Shown: positions 1-12,889 of the stretch, piece by piece
Position numbering within the stretch: the first letter of the stretch is position 1
Layout: each line of letters begins with the position of its first letter
The notes under the pieces: generated by a model
The model's input: the letters and a program-made list of their open reading frames with translations, nothing else
Databases searched by the model: none
Told to the model about the DNA's origin: nothing
DNA from: Anolis carolinensis
Taxonomy: Eukaryota
Assembly (NCBI RefSeq): GCF_035594765.1
Contig: NC_085846.1
Coordinates: forward strand, 57,461,190-57,525,189
Reading direction: 5' to 3'
DNA length: 64,000 bases
Position numbers and translations under genes: made by a program

Positions 1-374
1 TTGCATAAGAATGTTTGGTTTCAAATTCCCTCTACTTTTTAACTATGCCTTATTTATGAAAGTCATTCCTATCTTAGCCCTTCATAGGTGAGCATGTACT
101 CTGTCAGTCACAAGGCAGTGTGTCTTGAGTAAAGTGACACTATCCTCTAGTCAAAGGGTGATCAGAGTACAGTTTTCTGACTGAGGAGGACTTTTAAGTC
201 CAAGTTTTGTTTGAAGGTGATCTGGCATAAGAAGAGAGAACAGGGGCACAATCCAGATGGCACTTCAAGGACATAATGAACAAGCACAGAGATCTCTGTT
301 TGTAGGGCCTTTTGCACTACACAATAGCACTAGTCAGTGGTGGCCAGGGGTAGTTTCACACAATTAATACTTGT

Positions 375-1190
375 GTGCCAGCTGCGCCCATACCTTGGGA
401 AGTCAGATTTGGCCATGGTGATCCATGCTCTCATCACATCTCGAATAGACTATTGCAACGTGCTCTACATGGGGTTGCCTTTGAAGACTGCTTGGAAGCT
501 TCAAGTAGTCCAATGAGTGGTAGCCAGGTTGCTCACTGGAGTGGTGTACAGGAAGTATACAATCCCCCCCCCAATTATATCAGCTCTACTGGCTGTCAAT
601 CTGCTACCAAGCACAATTCAAAGTGCTGCCTTTAACCTATAAAACTTTAAACGGGTCCGGTCCAGCTTATCTATTCGAATGTATCTCCCTTTATGAACCA
701 GTACGAGCATTAAGATCTACCGGGGAGGTCCTGCTCTCGATCCCACCACCTTAGCAAGCACAATTGGTGGGGATGAGAGACAGGGCCTTCTCGGTGGTGG
801 CCCCTCAGTTGAGGAACTCCCTTCCTAGCAAGATCAGATTGGCTCTCTCCTTCCTGACATTTAGAAAACAAGTGAAAACATTCATTGAACAGGTGTTCAA
901 TGAATGACCAAACTGCAATCTAACATCTTGTCCTGACATGGTTAGAAATGCTGCAGCTGAATTATGATTAGTGACTTGTGCAATGTGTCGTTTGTGTATT
1001 GGATCCATCATGTTTCAGATGTTTAATTGTTTTAAATTGTATTTTATGTCTATTGTTTTAATGATTTTATATTTTTAACTGTGTGTATAATTGAGACATT
1101 GAATGTTTGCCTAGATGTATGATGTATGCCACTCTGAGTCCAAGGTGGGGTGAGAAGAATGGGATATAAATGAAATAAATAATAAATAAA
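375..1190 (+). mobile_element. L2-clade LINE 3' fragment
   Basis: Encodes DLAMVIHALITSRIDYCN-like L2 ORF2 C-terminus; ends in a (TAAA)n-like tail. Confidence 0.8.
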
Positions 1191-1995
1191 TCATCTTTGA
1201 TTTTAACCACCTGTTACACCCCAAGGCAGCGTGAGCACTCGAAAACCAGACAGGAGTCAATATAACATATAATATCTTTATTAAAGCGAATATAAATCCA
1301 AATGAAAATAGTTATAGAGTTTGAGGAGGAAATAGTTCTTCTGAAAAGTCAATAATGATTCCAGATGGGTCATACAATAAATTTATTTATATTCCGTCCT
1401 ATCTCCCCAAAGGGACTCAGAGCGGATTCCAATCAGAAAAAGGCAAACATTCAATGCCTGAATACAACAACCAATACACGCATAATAGCAAAAAATAATA
1501 ACCCAACATATAAAAACAAATTATATATTAACATCTAAAATTAAAAGAAGACATAACCTATCAAATAAATTATGTCAACATAAAACAAAACATCAAACAG
1601 AACATTTCCCAGAGTCGACAGAATTCATTGGTGGTATATAAGTTGATTATTGCCAAAAATGTTAACTGGGCTAGCAGGGCAAACAGAGCCTGGATACAGG
1701 TAATAGATTTTAATCAGCGTTATAGTAGCAGTATCATTATCTAATCCTCCTTCTCTTCATAAGCCAATGAGCAGAAGTATGTTTTCACGGGGTTTTTTAA
1801 AGAGGAGGGAGCCAGTTTTATTTCCTTAAGGAGGGAATTCCAGAGGTGGAGAAGGCCCTTTCTCTTGTTCTTGAGATGGGGGGTGGGACTGAGAGCAGGG
1901 CCTCCTCCGATGACCACAGTGTTCAAGTTGGTCTATAAGGCGAGATGTGATTAATCAGATAGCCTGGACCTGAATTGTTTAGGGCTTTAAAGGTA

Positions 1996-2311
1996 CAGTA
2001 GAGTCTTGCTTATCCAACGTAAACGAGCCGGCAGAACGTTGGATAAGCGAATATGTTGGATAATAAGGAGAGATTAAGGAAAAGCCTATTAAACATTAAA
2101 TTAGGTTATGATTTTACAAATTAAGCACCAAAACATCATGTTAGACAACAAATTTGGCAGAAAAAGTAGTTCAATACACAGTAATGCTATGTAGTAAATA
2201 CTGTATTTATGAATTTAGCACCAAAATATCATGATGTATTGAAACTACAAAAATGTGTTGGATAATCCAGAACGTTGGATAAGCGAGTGTTGGATAAGTG
2301 AGACTCTACTG
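1996..2311 (+). mobile_element. Tc1/mariner-type MITE (family A)
   Basis: TIR CAGTAGAGTCTC(A/G)CTTATCCAAC and TA target duplication; 8 copies in the window. Confidence 0.9.
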
Positions 2312-2714
2312 TAATGACCAGCACTTTGTATTTAACCCAGAAGCAAACCGGCAGTGAGTGGAGCTGCCGTAACATGGGAGTAGTTCTCTCCCTATATGGC
2401 GCTCCAGTTAGTAACCTGGCTTCCGATCTCTCGACCAGTTAAAGCTTCTGAACTATCTTCAAAGACAGACCCACGTAGACCATTGCAGTAGTCGAAGCGG
2501 GATGTGACTAAGGCATGGACTACCATGGCCAGATCTGGCGTATCAAGGTACGGTCGCATCTGGCGCACAGGTTTTAATTGTACAAAGGCACTCCTGGTCA
2601 CCGCCAACATCCTGGGGTTCCAGGGTTAGCGATGAGTCTACGAGCACCCCCAGATTGCGAACCTGGGTCTTCAGGGGGAGTGTGACCCCATCCAACAGAG
2701 ACTGTAATCCCATA

Positions 2715-2936
2715 TTATTTATTTATTTACAGCATTTATATTCCGCCCTTCTCACCCCGAAGGGGACTCAGGGCGGATCACATTATACATATAGGCAAAC
2801 ATTCAATGCCTTTTAACATAGAACAAAGACAAACAAACATAGGCTCCGAGCCTGGCCTCGAACTCGTGACCTCCTGGTCAGTGATTCATTGCAGTGATTG
2901 ATTGCAGCTGCTCTCCAGCCTGCGCCACAGCCCAAG
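2715..2936 (-). mobile_element. tRNA-derived SINE with L2-type tail
   Basis: A box TGGCGCAGGCTGG and B box GAGTTCGAGGC on minus strand; (TAAA)n tail; CCATA direct repeat on both flanks. Confidence 0.8.
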
Positions 2937-3050
2937 CCATACCTTGATCCGCCTTCTGACTGACCAGAAGTACTGCTGTGTTGCCTGGATTTAGTTTCAG
3001 CTTGTTAGCCCTCATCCAGTCCATTACTGATGACAGGCACCAGTTTAGGA

Positions 3051-3268
3051 TCAACCTAAGGAAAGCTTGGAGAAGATCATGATGCTGGGAAAAATGGAAG
3101 GAAAAAGGAAGAGAGGACGAACAAGGGCGAAATGGATGGACGGTATCCTTGAAGTGACTGGCTCAACCTTGAAGGAGCTGGGGACGGTGACGGCCGACAG
3201 GGAGCTCTGGCGTGGACTGGTCCATGAGGTCACAAAGAGTCGAAAACGACTGAACGAGTGAGACAACG
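3051..3268 (+). mobile_element. RTE/BovB-like LINE 3' end
   Basis: MLGKMEGKRKRGRTRAKWMDGI...WRGLVHEVTKSRKRL is a typical RTE ORF C-terminus. Confidence 0.85.
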
Positions 3269-3970
3269 ACGTCCTAAACATTGGAAGATGTGTTTCTTTA
3301 AAACTCTGTATTAACGTAGCCAAGTCCACAACTGCACCATTCTTCTAAGATTTTTGAGAAAATGAATCATAAAGCAGTGTCTGTACTAAACAGCACTGTG
3401 GGAATATATCTGCAGAGTGGTTTACCAAAAATAGAAAATGTAACTGCATTTGAAAACCTGTTATTGTTTCTCCTCCCTTATAAAAACAGGCTGTTACCAA
3501 GATTTTCAGTTCTCTGCCTATGCAGTATAAAACAGTGGAACTGCCACAGATGCAGATATAGATGCTGCCAAACTGGCTGTAACTGGGACTCTGGGAATCG
3601 CATGCACTTTGTGCCAAATGGGCTCAATCCCATGAGGGCCATTGAAGCCCCAAAGCTTTTCCTCTCATTGGCTGCTATGGAATCACCTCATTGGCAGCTC
3701 AGAGACCTCTAAAAGCCAAGGTTACGGCATTGAACGAAACCAGTCTGAGGAATTCAGAGGAGTGGGAGATGGGACAGAAAGACTGTAATGTCTTTTATTC
3801 CCTTCTGAATAGAAAATGGCAAGTGTGCTCCTTGCAAAGCGAGAAGTGCAAACTAAGGCTTCCTGCAATAAATGGCATCTTGGGAACAAGAGGGCTTTGG
3901 TTCAGTGGCCAATTTCAAGCAGCCGGTTTAAGCTTCCCTAGAAATCAGGCCTGTGGCATAACTCCCAATA

Positions 3971-4291
3971 CAGTAGTCTCACTTATCCAACATAAACGGG
4001 CCGGCAGAACGTTGGATAAGCGAATATGTTGGATAATAAGGAGAGATTAAGGAGAAGCCTATTAAACATCAAATTAAGTTATGATTTTACAAATTAAGCA
4101 CCAAAACATCATGTTATACAACAAATCTGGCAGAAAAAGTAGTTCAATATGCAGTAATGCTACGTAGTAATTACTGTATTTATGAATTTTGCACCAAAAT
4201 ATCATGATATATTGAAAACATTGACTACAAAAATGCATTGGATAATCCAGAACGTTGGATAAGCGAGTGTTGGATAAGTGAGACTCTACTG
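3971..4291 (+). mobile_element. Tc1/mariner-type MITE (family A)
   Basis: Same TIRs; TA flanks. Confidence 0.9.
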
Positions 4292-5397
4292 TATATAGCT
4301 ATTTAAATTGGATTCAGAACACTGTGGAATAGCTAATGTTGTATTGTAACACCCAAAATCCATCACTTTGAAATGCAGCAAGCTGATCCAAAGTACATCA
4401 CTCAATTGCACACCCATTGAAGTCAACAGATTTTGATCATGATTCATACTATTTTCCATTCGAAATATAAAACCTGGACTCCACTTATTCTACAGTGAGT
4501 GACTGCTCTAGAAGAACTGGACTCTTCACACGTTCCATATAAGACAGCAAAATCAATGTTCACTTTGAGGTCTCTGTGTGAATGTTTTCGAGCCGTGAAT
4601 CCATGGCTATGGAAGGTCGACTGCATTTTGTATTTTATATCTGAAATCTTGAAATTTTATTTCACAACTTCCATAAATGGTACCATACAAATCTCAAAAT
4701 AAAATAAATACAAAAATACACATTACACAACTGCAAGGCAACTCATAACTTAAATATAGTCAGTTAATATGAGCTACATTCAGCTTGTTTTTTAACCGAT
4801 TCATTTCTTGGTAGCGCAGTGATTTTCTTAGTGAATAAAAAATATGTTTGAAGGGGAAAGCAATTGTTTTACCCATGTTATTTTAAAAATGACCTCCCTT
4901 CACTCAAACGGAAAGACTCAATATACAGTTTTATGGCACAGGTAACAGAATGGAGTTAGGGCACTTCCCTGATTCATACTATTGCTCTCTCAGCTTTTAA
5001 ATAACCAAAGCCACATTTTCTCAAGGAGATAATCTGAAGATGGGGAATGCCGCCACCGTCTGTTCAAAGGCTGGCACTGTTATTAATGTTACCCATTGGG
5101 TTTCATGCCACATGCTAAGTGAAGACTGGCAAAAAAATTACTTGTTTTTTTTCCATGAATCGTCCTGCATTTGCCACACTTATTCAAATTAGAATGGAAA
5201 TCATTTGAGATTTCTGGGGGAAAGACTCTGAGAATCAAAACTGAGGTTTCCCTCTTCAGATTAGATTTTAATTCTTGCCATGGAGATGCTCTAAACTAAA
5301 TTCTTAAGCATTTTAATATTAGACCATGAAAGGAGAAAAAAATTGACGGTGTAAATTTACATTTTTTTCTGAATTGTTGGAAATGGTTAATTCATTG

Positions 5398-6346
5398 TAT
5401 TGTCGAAAGCTTTCAGGGCCAGAATCACTGGGTTGCTGTGAGTTTTCCGGGCTGTAAGGCCATGTTCCAGAAGCATTCTCTCCTGATGTTTCGCCCACAT
5501 CTATGGCAGGCATCCTCAGAGGTTGTGGGGTCTGTTGGAAACTAGGCAAGTGGTGTTTATATATGTTGTAGAATGTCTAGGATGGGAGAGAGAACTCTTG
5601 TGTGTTTGAGGTAAGTGTGAATGTTTCGATTGGCCAGGTTGATTAGCATTGAATGGCTTTGCAAGCTTCAAACTCTGGCTGCTTTGTGCCTGCTGGAATC
5701 CTTTGTTGGGAGGTGTTAACTAGCCCTGATTGTTTCATGTCTGGAATTCCCGTTTTCTAAGTGTTGTTCTTTATTTACTGTCTTGATTTCAGAGTTTTTT
5801 TTTTAATACAGGTAGCCAGATTTTGTTCATTTTTATGGTTTCCTCCTTTCTGTTGAAGTTATCCACATGCTTGTGGATTTCAATGGCTTCTCTGTGTAGT
5901 CTGGCATAGTGGTTGTGTTCTCAAATAATATGCTGTGTCCAGGTTAGTTCATCAGGTGCTCAACTATGGCTGAACATGAAAATGAACAAAATCTGGCTAC
6001 CAGTATTAAAAAACGCTAAGATCAGGACAGTAAATAGAGCAACACTCAGAAAACAGGGGAATTCCAGACAGGAAACAATCAGGGCCAGCTAACACCTCTC
6101 AACAAAGGATGCCTCTGGGCACGAAGCAGCCAGGCTTTGAAGCTGAAGGGCCATTCAGTGCTAATCAAGGTGGCCAATTACAACATTCACACTTGCCTCA
6201 AACATTCCACAGATATATAAACTTCACTTGCCTAGTTTTCAACAGACTTCACAACCTCTGAGGATACCTGCCACAGATATGGGTTAACCATCAAAAGAGA
6301 ATGTGTCTGGAATATGGCCACACAGCCTGGAAAACCCACAGCAACC
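5398..6346. mobile_element. Penelope-like element with inverted arms
   Basis: Minus arm 5398-5970 and plus arm 5972-6346 are reverse complements. Contains a GIY-YIG C-terminal remnant ([17 protein letters not shown]). Degenerate 14-bp TSD TGGTYAATYCATTG. Confidence 0.85.
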
Positions 6347-7849
6347 TGGTCAATCCATTGCTTTTACTTTCGAAACAACTGTTAGCCATTAGTGTAGAAT
6401 GAAATAGAAAATTGGTTTATCTGCATTGAAAATTGAGAATGTTACATCAGAAACATATCCTATATTTGCAAGCAAATTATTGTGAAAGTAATTATTGACA
6501 CGAGCATTTTCTGCACTTTTCCAAAAAGTGGGATAATACAGAACTAGTGGGTGTAGGGATTTTTGCTTCTTAAACTGTGGGTCCTCCCAAGTTCAAATAG
6601 CTGAATTCAATGTTGGGAGTCGTGAAAAAAATGGCAACATTAAAAGGTTTCTGACCTAGCAACCGTTTTAGACATTTACATGAACCTGCTGTTCAGTGCT
6701 TACAGTCGTGTCTGCAGAAGATGCTTCAGCTGTACTTCATAAAAAGGAAAATCACTCTGTTTAGCAAGCCTTGAAAATGTTTACTTGCTATCTGTAAATG
6801 TTTGACTTGCAAATCACACTCTCTTAGCCTCAAGTGACAAAGGCAACTCCCCTGTAAAAACCTTGCCAAGAAACCCCTGTAATAGATTCTCCTTAGGGTT
6901 GCCGTTAGCTGGAAATGACTTGAAGGCACTCAACAATGACAAGAACACATTTGAATAAACTAAGTACCTTGACATAATTCCCTGAAGGAAGTTACAACGA
7001 CAAGAACAGTTTTGTAAATCAAACATTTCTTGGAATAACAATATAATGTCATGGGAATATCATAACACTAAGACATAGATCTGTCATAGATTTAGGTATC
7101 TTTACAATTTGAGATGTTTCTTGGTTACTATTTCTGGAGTAGTGTCTGAATGACTGACAATTCAATCTAAAGGGCTTCCATTGCTGAGGAAAATACAAAC
7201 AGATTCACTTAATCTGAAGTGAGCAGAGGAGATGGACTGTGGAACAACATCAATAGACTGAGATTTGATAAGAACCTACATATACTTTCTTGGGATAATA
7301 GTGGACACATTATATCCAGTATTAAAATAACATGCCACTTCAATTAATTACAAGTATTACTGTATTACTTCAATCCTGGGATGCATTTCCCCCATATAAA
7401 ATCTCTAAAAATGGGGTGTGTCTTAGAATCGGTTATATCTTATGTATTTTTGTTATTGGTGCTGGTACTGAAATTAGGGTGAGCCCTGCAATTGATAGCA
7501 TCTTACAATTGAAGAAATATGGCAAGTACCCGCTAATAAAATTTTCAAGACATAATTTTAAAAACCCTCCTGTCTATTATCTCTTTTGATTTCAAAAATC
7601 ATAGAACTAGAAAGGAGCTCAAGTGTCATTTAGCTCAATTCCCTGCTGATACAGGACACCCACAGTTCAAATATCCCTAACAGATGGCCATCTAGACTCT
7701 GCTTTGAAAATTTTCAACTCCATCAACTTTCAAGGAAAAATATCCAGACAAACCTTACCACCTGGATAATTATAGTGCTGGCAGAATTGAATCTTAAAAG
7801 CTATAAAAACGTAGGTGAGTGCCTCAAACCCAGTAAGAGATTCCAAACG

Positions 7850-8819
7850 TGAGTATGTTACATCACAATATTGTTTATTATGTGACTTTTTACAATACAA
7901 ACAAAATACAGAAATGCAGTATATGAATACAGCTAAATGCAAAATGGTGACTTTTTTTCAAGAGGCCATGAGTTTCATTTCTAGAAGACAGACCGCACAC
8001 AGGTAGAAACAGAATGGTAGTTAACTCCACATTTTCCTCTAGAAATGACCTATAAATGCATTTTCCTGCTACTTACCATAAAATGTAAAAAGGGAGTTAA
8101 GGAAAGATTTTATTCACTGGTTGCTACCATATGAAAGAAACTACATTCTATTTACCAGGGCCAATATATGGAAAAATATCTAAATTATATGTTATTATAA
8201 AAATGAAGCAGTAAACTTCTCTGACTAAAGTAGTTACTAAATGAGAATAGCATATATTTAAAGAATCCAAAACAAAAAAAGGGTTGTTATAAAAAGCATT
8301 TAGGTGCCCCATAAGCCTATATGTTTGTCTTTCCATGTGTATTTTTAAACAATGGAAGTGTCAAAAATAGGGTCAACTGTGTTAAACTAAATTACATTAT
8401 TATATATGCTGCACTGAATGGAATTTTTTTTAATAATAGAAGCATAGTTCATATTATATTATGGCAATGTATCCTTATGGAAAACCTTCCCAAGTCCTTG
8501 TATACTGGAATATCCTGTAAACAAATCAAACCACCAGAACATGAACGTACAACAGTAAAATGTTATTTTGCATTTAAGTGACTTCTTCATTTTTAAAGGG
8601 TACTTAGAGCGGTTTTATTCCTCCAAGTATACAGTACCCTAAACAATTCAAGGCAACTCAAGTGCCATCGACAATAACAAAAAAAAATTTTTCATCATGC
8701 TGTTAAATCCATAGATATGGATACAACTGGTGCAAGATTGGTCAAAGAGATCCAACACACACTGATGTCCAGGCTGGAATATTGGCAACTTAAACATAAC
8801 TGGTGGTCAGTAAATATAT
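7850..8819 (-). other. SEPTIN7: SEPT7 3' UTR (approximate end)
   Basis: Repeat-free AU-rich stretch after the stop codon, with AATAAA on the minus strand at 8614-8619, 8109-8114 and 7874-7879. Confidence 0.7.
7874..7879 (-). terminator. Probable polyadenylation signal (AATAAA)
   Basis: Preceded on the minus strand by four UGUA (CFIm-type) motifs within about 60 nt. Confidence 0.6.
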
Positions 8820-8859
8820 TTAAAATATCTTCCCTTTCTTTTTGTTCTTTTCCAAAGTT
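8820..8859 (-). CDS. SEPTIN7: SEPT7 last coding exon, [12 protein letters not shown]
   Basis: ttttgcag|AACT acceptor; TAA stop at 8822-8820. Confidence 0.97.
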
Positions 8860-11800
8860 CTGCAAAACAACAACAACACAGGATTCAAATGTATTTTTTT
8901 AGATATGTGAGATTTTAAAATCTTGATTGGATATAGCAAAGTATTACTACACTCTTCATATAAGCAAACTGCAGATTTGTGGCCAAGTGCAGACGGCCAT
9001 TTTTGCACATTTCCCACCATTCCTGCCACCCGCCACTCCCTTGAACCATCTTTATCTCCATAAAAAAGGAAGACAAATTCCCTTTTATGGAGGATTCATT
9101 AGTGGCATCTTTTCCCCATCTCACCACCACCTTTAACCATCAAAAGATACCCATTATTAAATGAGGCATTTTGGGCAGTCTGGTGCCAGGAGCAGAAAAC
9201 TGGCTATGGGCCTGGCATACAGGCTCACCTCCAATATAAACTGCCTTGGGTTGTAATCTTAAACTGACTTATATAATGGTCAGGGAACCAGAAAATGCAT
9301 TCTAATGTAAAACATATGCTGTTAGTTTGAAATATCAGGGAAAGTCCTTATTCCGAAAACCCAAATTCTTAAATCTGTATGTGAGGAATATAGCTACAAA
9401 CTACATTTAATAATATTCTCCTCTAACCTCAGAATAATTGCACATATTTAACAATTAATTTGTTAAGACAAGGTAAAGCAAATGCCACCCAATATATCCA
9501 CTGGGAGAGGCAGTTAGTGGTCATCCTTTGAAACTCTATTCAAGTAATAAGAGTTTAATTTATGGGTGGTTTGTGGTTGCAGAGATATAGCCATTTCAAA
9601 TTGGACCAATCTTTGTGTATATTTATATTATATTATGTTGTTTGTATTTTTTTATGGATAATTTGTTTTACAACTGTACTGAATATTGTTATATCTATTA
9701 CTCTTATCTATGTGTCTATGTATGCATTAGATGCTTTTGACAGAGCTGGCTGTTTCTTGGTGTCATATACACTGATACACTATACAGTATAAGTAAATTG
9801 TAGTGATAATAATGGCGATAATAATATCCCACTGATTCAACTTGTCTATTCTGTTGGGACCAGAATTTGAACTTAAGACAAGACAGACATGAGGTAATAG
9901 GAAGGTGAATAATTTTAATGAGATGAAATAGGAAAGGGATGAGCACAGCTGCCCTAAGAAGTGTGTTAGGGATTCAAGTATTGAGTAGGAACTTCTGAGA
10001 AGGAAACACCTTGAAAAGAGGGACAACAATTCCAGGTATACATAGCTACTCTGTTGAAACGCAAAAGAGAATATGAACTTTTTTCTTTTGATACAAAAGC
10101 CATAATAGTTGAATAGTATCTACTTCAACCTACACGTTTAGACATTTTAAGTGTTGGTGCAGGAGATACTGGTACAGCTACTAAATGGAATCAGAATATA
10201 CATTTTGCTGCATTATCTTCACAGCTTTAGCAAGTTATAGTTATGACCTAAACTTGCAAGTACTAGCTAACAATTGCCCAACCAGACAAAATCCAGGTAC
10301 TGCCCATACTATTTTGACATATGCAAACAGGACTGAAGCCATGGAGGCTGCTGTTCCTGTGTGGAGACAGCATATTTCTCCAAGTGCCATCAAAATGAAA
10401 CATCAGTAACCATTTAAAAAGCTTATTACCTCGAAGAATTCTGTTGCTCCAAAATACGCTGCTGAGCTTCCCAGTTTGCCTTTTCATCCTCAAATTGGCG
10501 GCGTTTTTCCTCCAATTCTTTGTGCTGTGCCTCTAAGTTCTTCTTCATTTGCTCATGACGTCGCTGGAGCTAATGAATAAGAAGGCACAACAGGGAAAAC
10601 TAGGTATGTATCCACTCAAGAATCACCCATATTTCCAATAACTTAATTTTTTTTCATAATTTCAGTTCTAAAATCCCTCGAGCACTGTGAAACATCATGT
10701 ACCAGAAGGGCAATACTGTGTTTTCCCTTTTATCTCACAAAGTCTGGACATCTCCATCCTTCTGCCGGGTCAAAAATAAGATCTAATTTGATCTATTTTA
10801 AGCAATCTGCAAGATGGATTGAATTCAGACTTAATTGTATTTACTATATATACCAGACATTGGCAAACTTTGGCCCTCCACAATTCCTTACAGCTGGTAA
10901 ACTGGCTAGGATTGAAGTTCAAAACACTTGGAGGGCTGAAGTTCGCCCATGACTGGTATATACTCAAATCGAGGACAGATTTGGGGCCAAAATTACCGAT
11001 TTTTATGTGACCTATAGATACATCAAGGATCATTCTGCAGAAGGAGGAAAGCTCCAGTGCTGACTTGGTAGGAAGCTGCCTCTGGCCACTACTATTTCCA
11101 TTCATTCAAAAAGGCCAAAAGCAGTGCCACAGTGGAGAGTACAAGGGCTCAGTTCTAGGTTCTCCCAGGCTGGATTAAGTTCTTGCCTTTTGTCACTCTA
11201 CTCAGGTAAGGGGTGGTTCATTTTTTGGTAAGTGTTAAGATATAGTATTCATACCGACCCATAGATAATTGGGTTGGTTTTTTAACTAAAACATCTTAAC
11301 TTATAAATGAGTATATAGTGTAAGCCCCACTGACAAGCTGTAACTAACTTCTCACACTCATTCCATCAGAGCAAACTGCATCTAATTTAATCCAAATCCA
11401 GCCAATCACAAATGGTTTCTTTGGCACTGGGAAAATAGAGGTCATGACATCAAAATGATAGCAAATCCATGTGTAGATAAAGCCAGGATTCACAATAATG
11501 GAACCAGTGATAGGCAGAGTAATTGTAAATTGATACAATCCAGAGGTCCTCTGGGGAGCGTCTACTTTAGCCTGCCAGAACCCAGCCGGAAACCTTCAAC
11601 CAGATGATCTTTTCACTGTCTGCCCTAAAACTGTTGAATGACCTGCCGGAAGAGCTCCGACAGCTAAATCAGCTCTTGGATTCAAGATGCAACTGAATAC
11701 CTATCTCTTCTAGCAGGCCTACCCAGTCAATTTTAATTATGGATTTTAAAATCACATTCTATTTTCATGTTTTAACTTTTGTGTCATGTATTTTAATATA

Positions 11801-12849
11801 TACAGTAGAGCAGGGGTCCCCAAACTAAGGCCCGGGGGCCGGATGCGGCCCTCCAAGCTCATTTACCTGGCCCCCGCCCTCAGTTTTATAATATAATATT
11901 TTATATCATTTTAAATAATATAATATATTGTATATACATATAATATTGATAATAATATTATAATGTTATACAATATAATACTAATAATAATACCATATAA
12001 TAATATTAATTATATGTTATATATTACATATAATATTACAGTATAGTGGTATAGTTCAATATAGTAATATATAATGCTAATATTGTGCTATGCTAATAAT
12101 ATATTGTATGTACATACAGCTTCTGAGTCCCCTTCGGGGTGAGAAGGGCGGGATATAAATGTAGTAAATAAATGTAGTAAATGAACAAATAAATAATTTT
12201 AGACTTAGGCTCGCCCAAAGTCAGAAATGACTTGAAGGCACACAACAACAACAATCCTAATTAACTTGACTATCTCATTGGCCAGAAGCAGCCCCACACT
12301 TCCCATTGAAATCCTGATAGGTTTATGTTGGTTACAATTGTTTTCATTTTTAAATATTGTATTGTTCTTTCATTGTTGTTGCTGTTTTGCACTACAAATA
12401 AGATATGTGCAGTGTGCATAGGAATTTGTTCATTTTTTTTTCCAAATGATAATTCGGCCCCTCCACAGTCTGAAGGATTGTGGACCGGCCCTTTGAGGAC
12501 CCCTGCAGTAGAGTCTCACTTATCCAACATAAACGGGCCAGCAGAATGTTGGATAAATGAAAATGTTGAATAATAAGGAGGGATTAAGGAAAAGCCTATT
12601 AAACATTAAATCACATTATGATTTTACAAATTAAGCACCAAAACATCATGTTTTACAACAAATCGACAGAAAAAAGCAGTTCAATATACGGTAACGTAAT
12701 GTAGTAATTACTGTATTTATGAATTTAGCACCATAATATCGCAATGTATTGACAACATTGAGTACAAAAACATTGACTACTAAAAGGCCAACTGTATTGG
12801 ATAATACAGTACATTGGATAAGTGGAGGTTGGCTAAGCGAGACTCTACT

Positions 12850-12889
<40 letters not shown>

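Larger units (their letters stand above)
1381..3050 (-). mobile_element. L2-clade LINE 3' fragment interrupted by a MITE and a SINE
   Basis: ORF 2392-2610 RPYLDTPDLAMVVHALVTSRFDYCN; L2-type tail at about 1381. Confidence 0.8.

Noticed and set aside
1212-1375. TGTTAC-starting segment, possible LTR fragment
   Set aside because: No second LTR, TSD or internal sequence visible.
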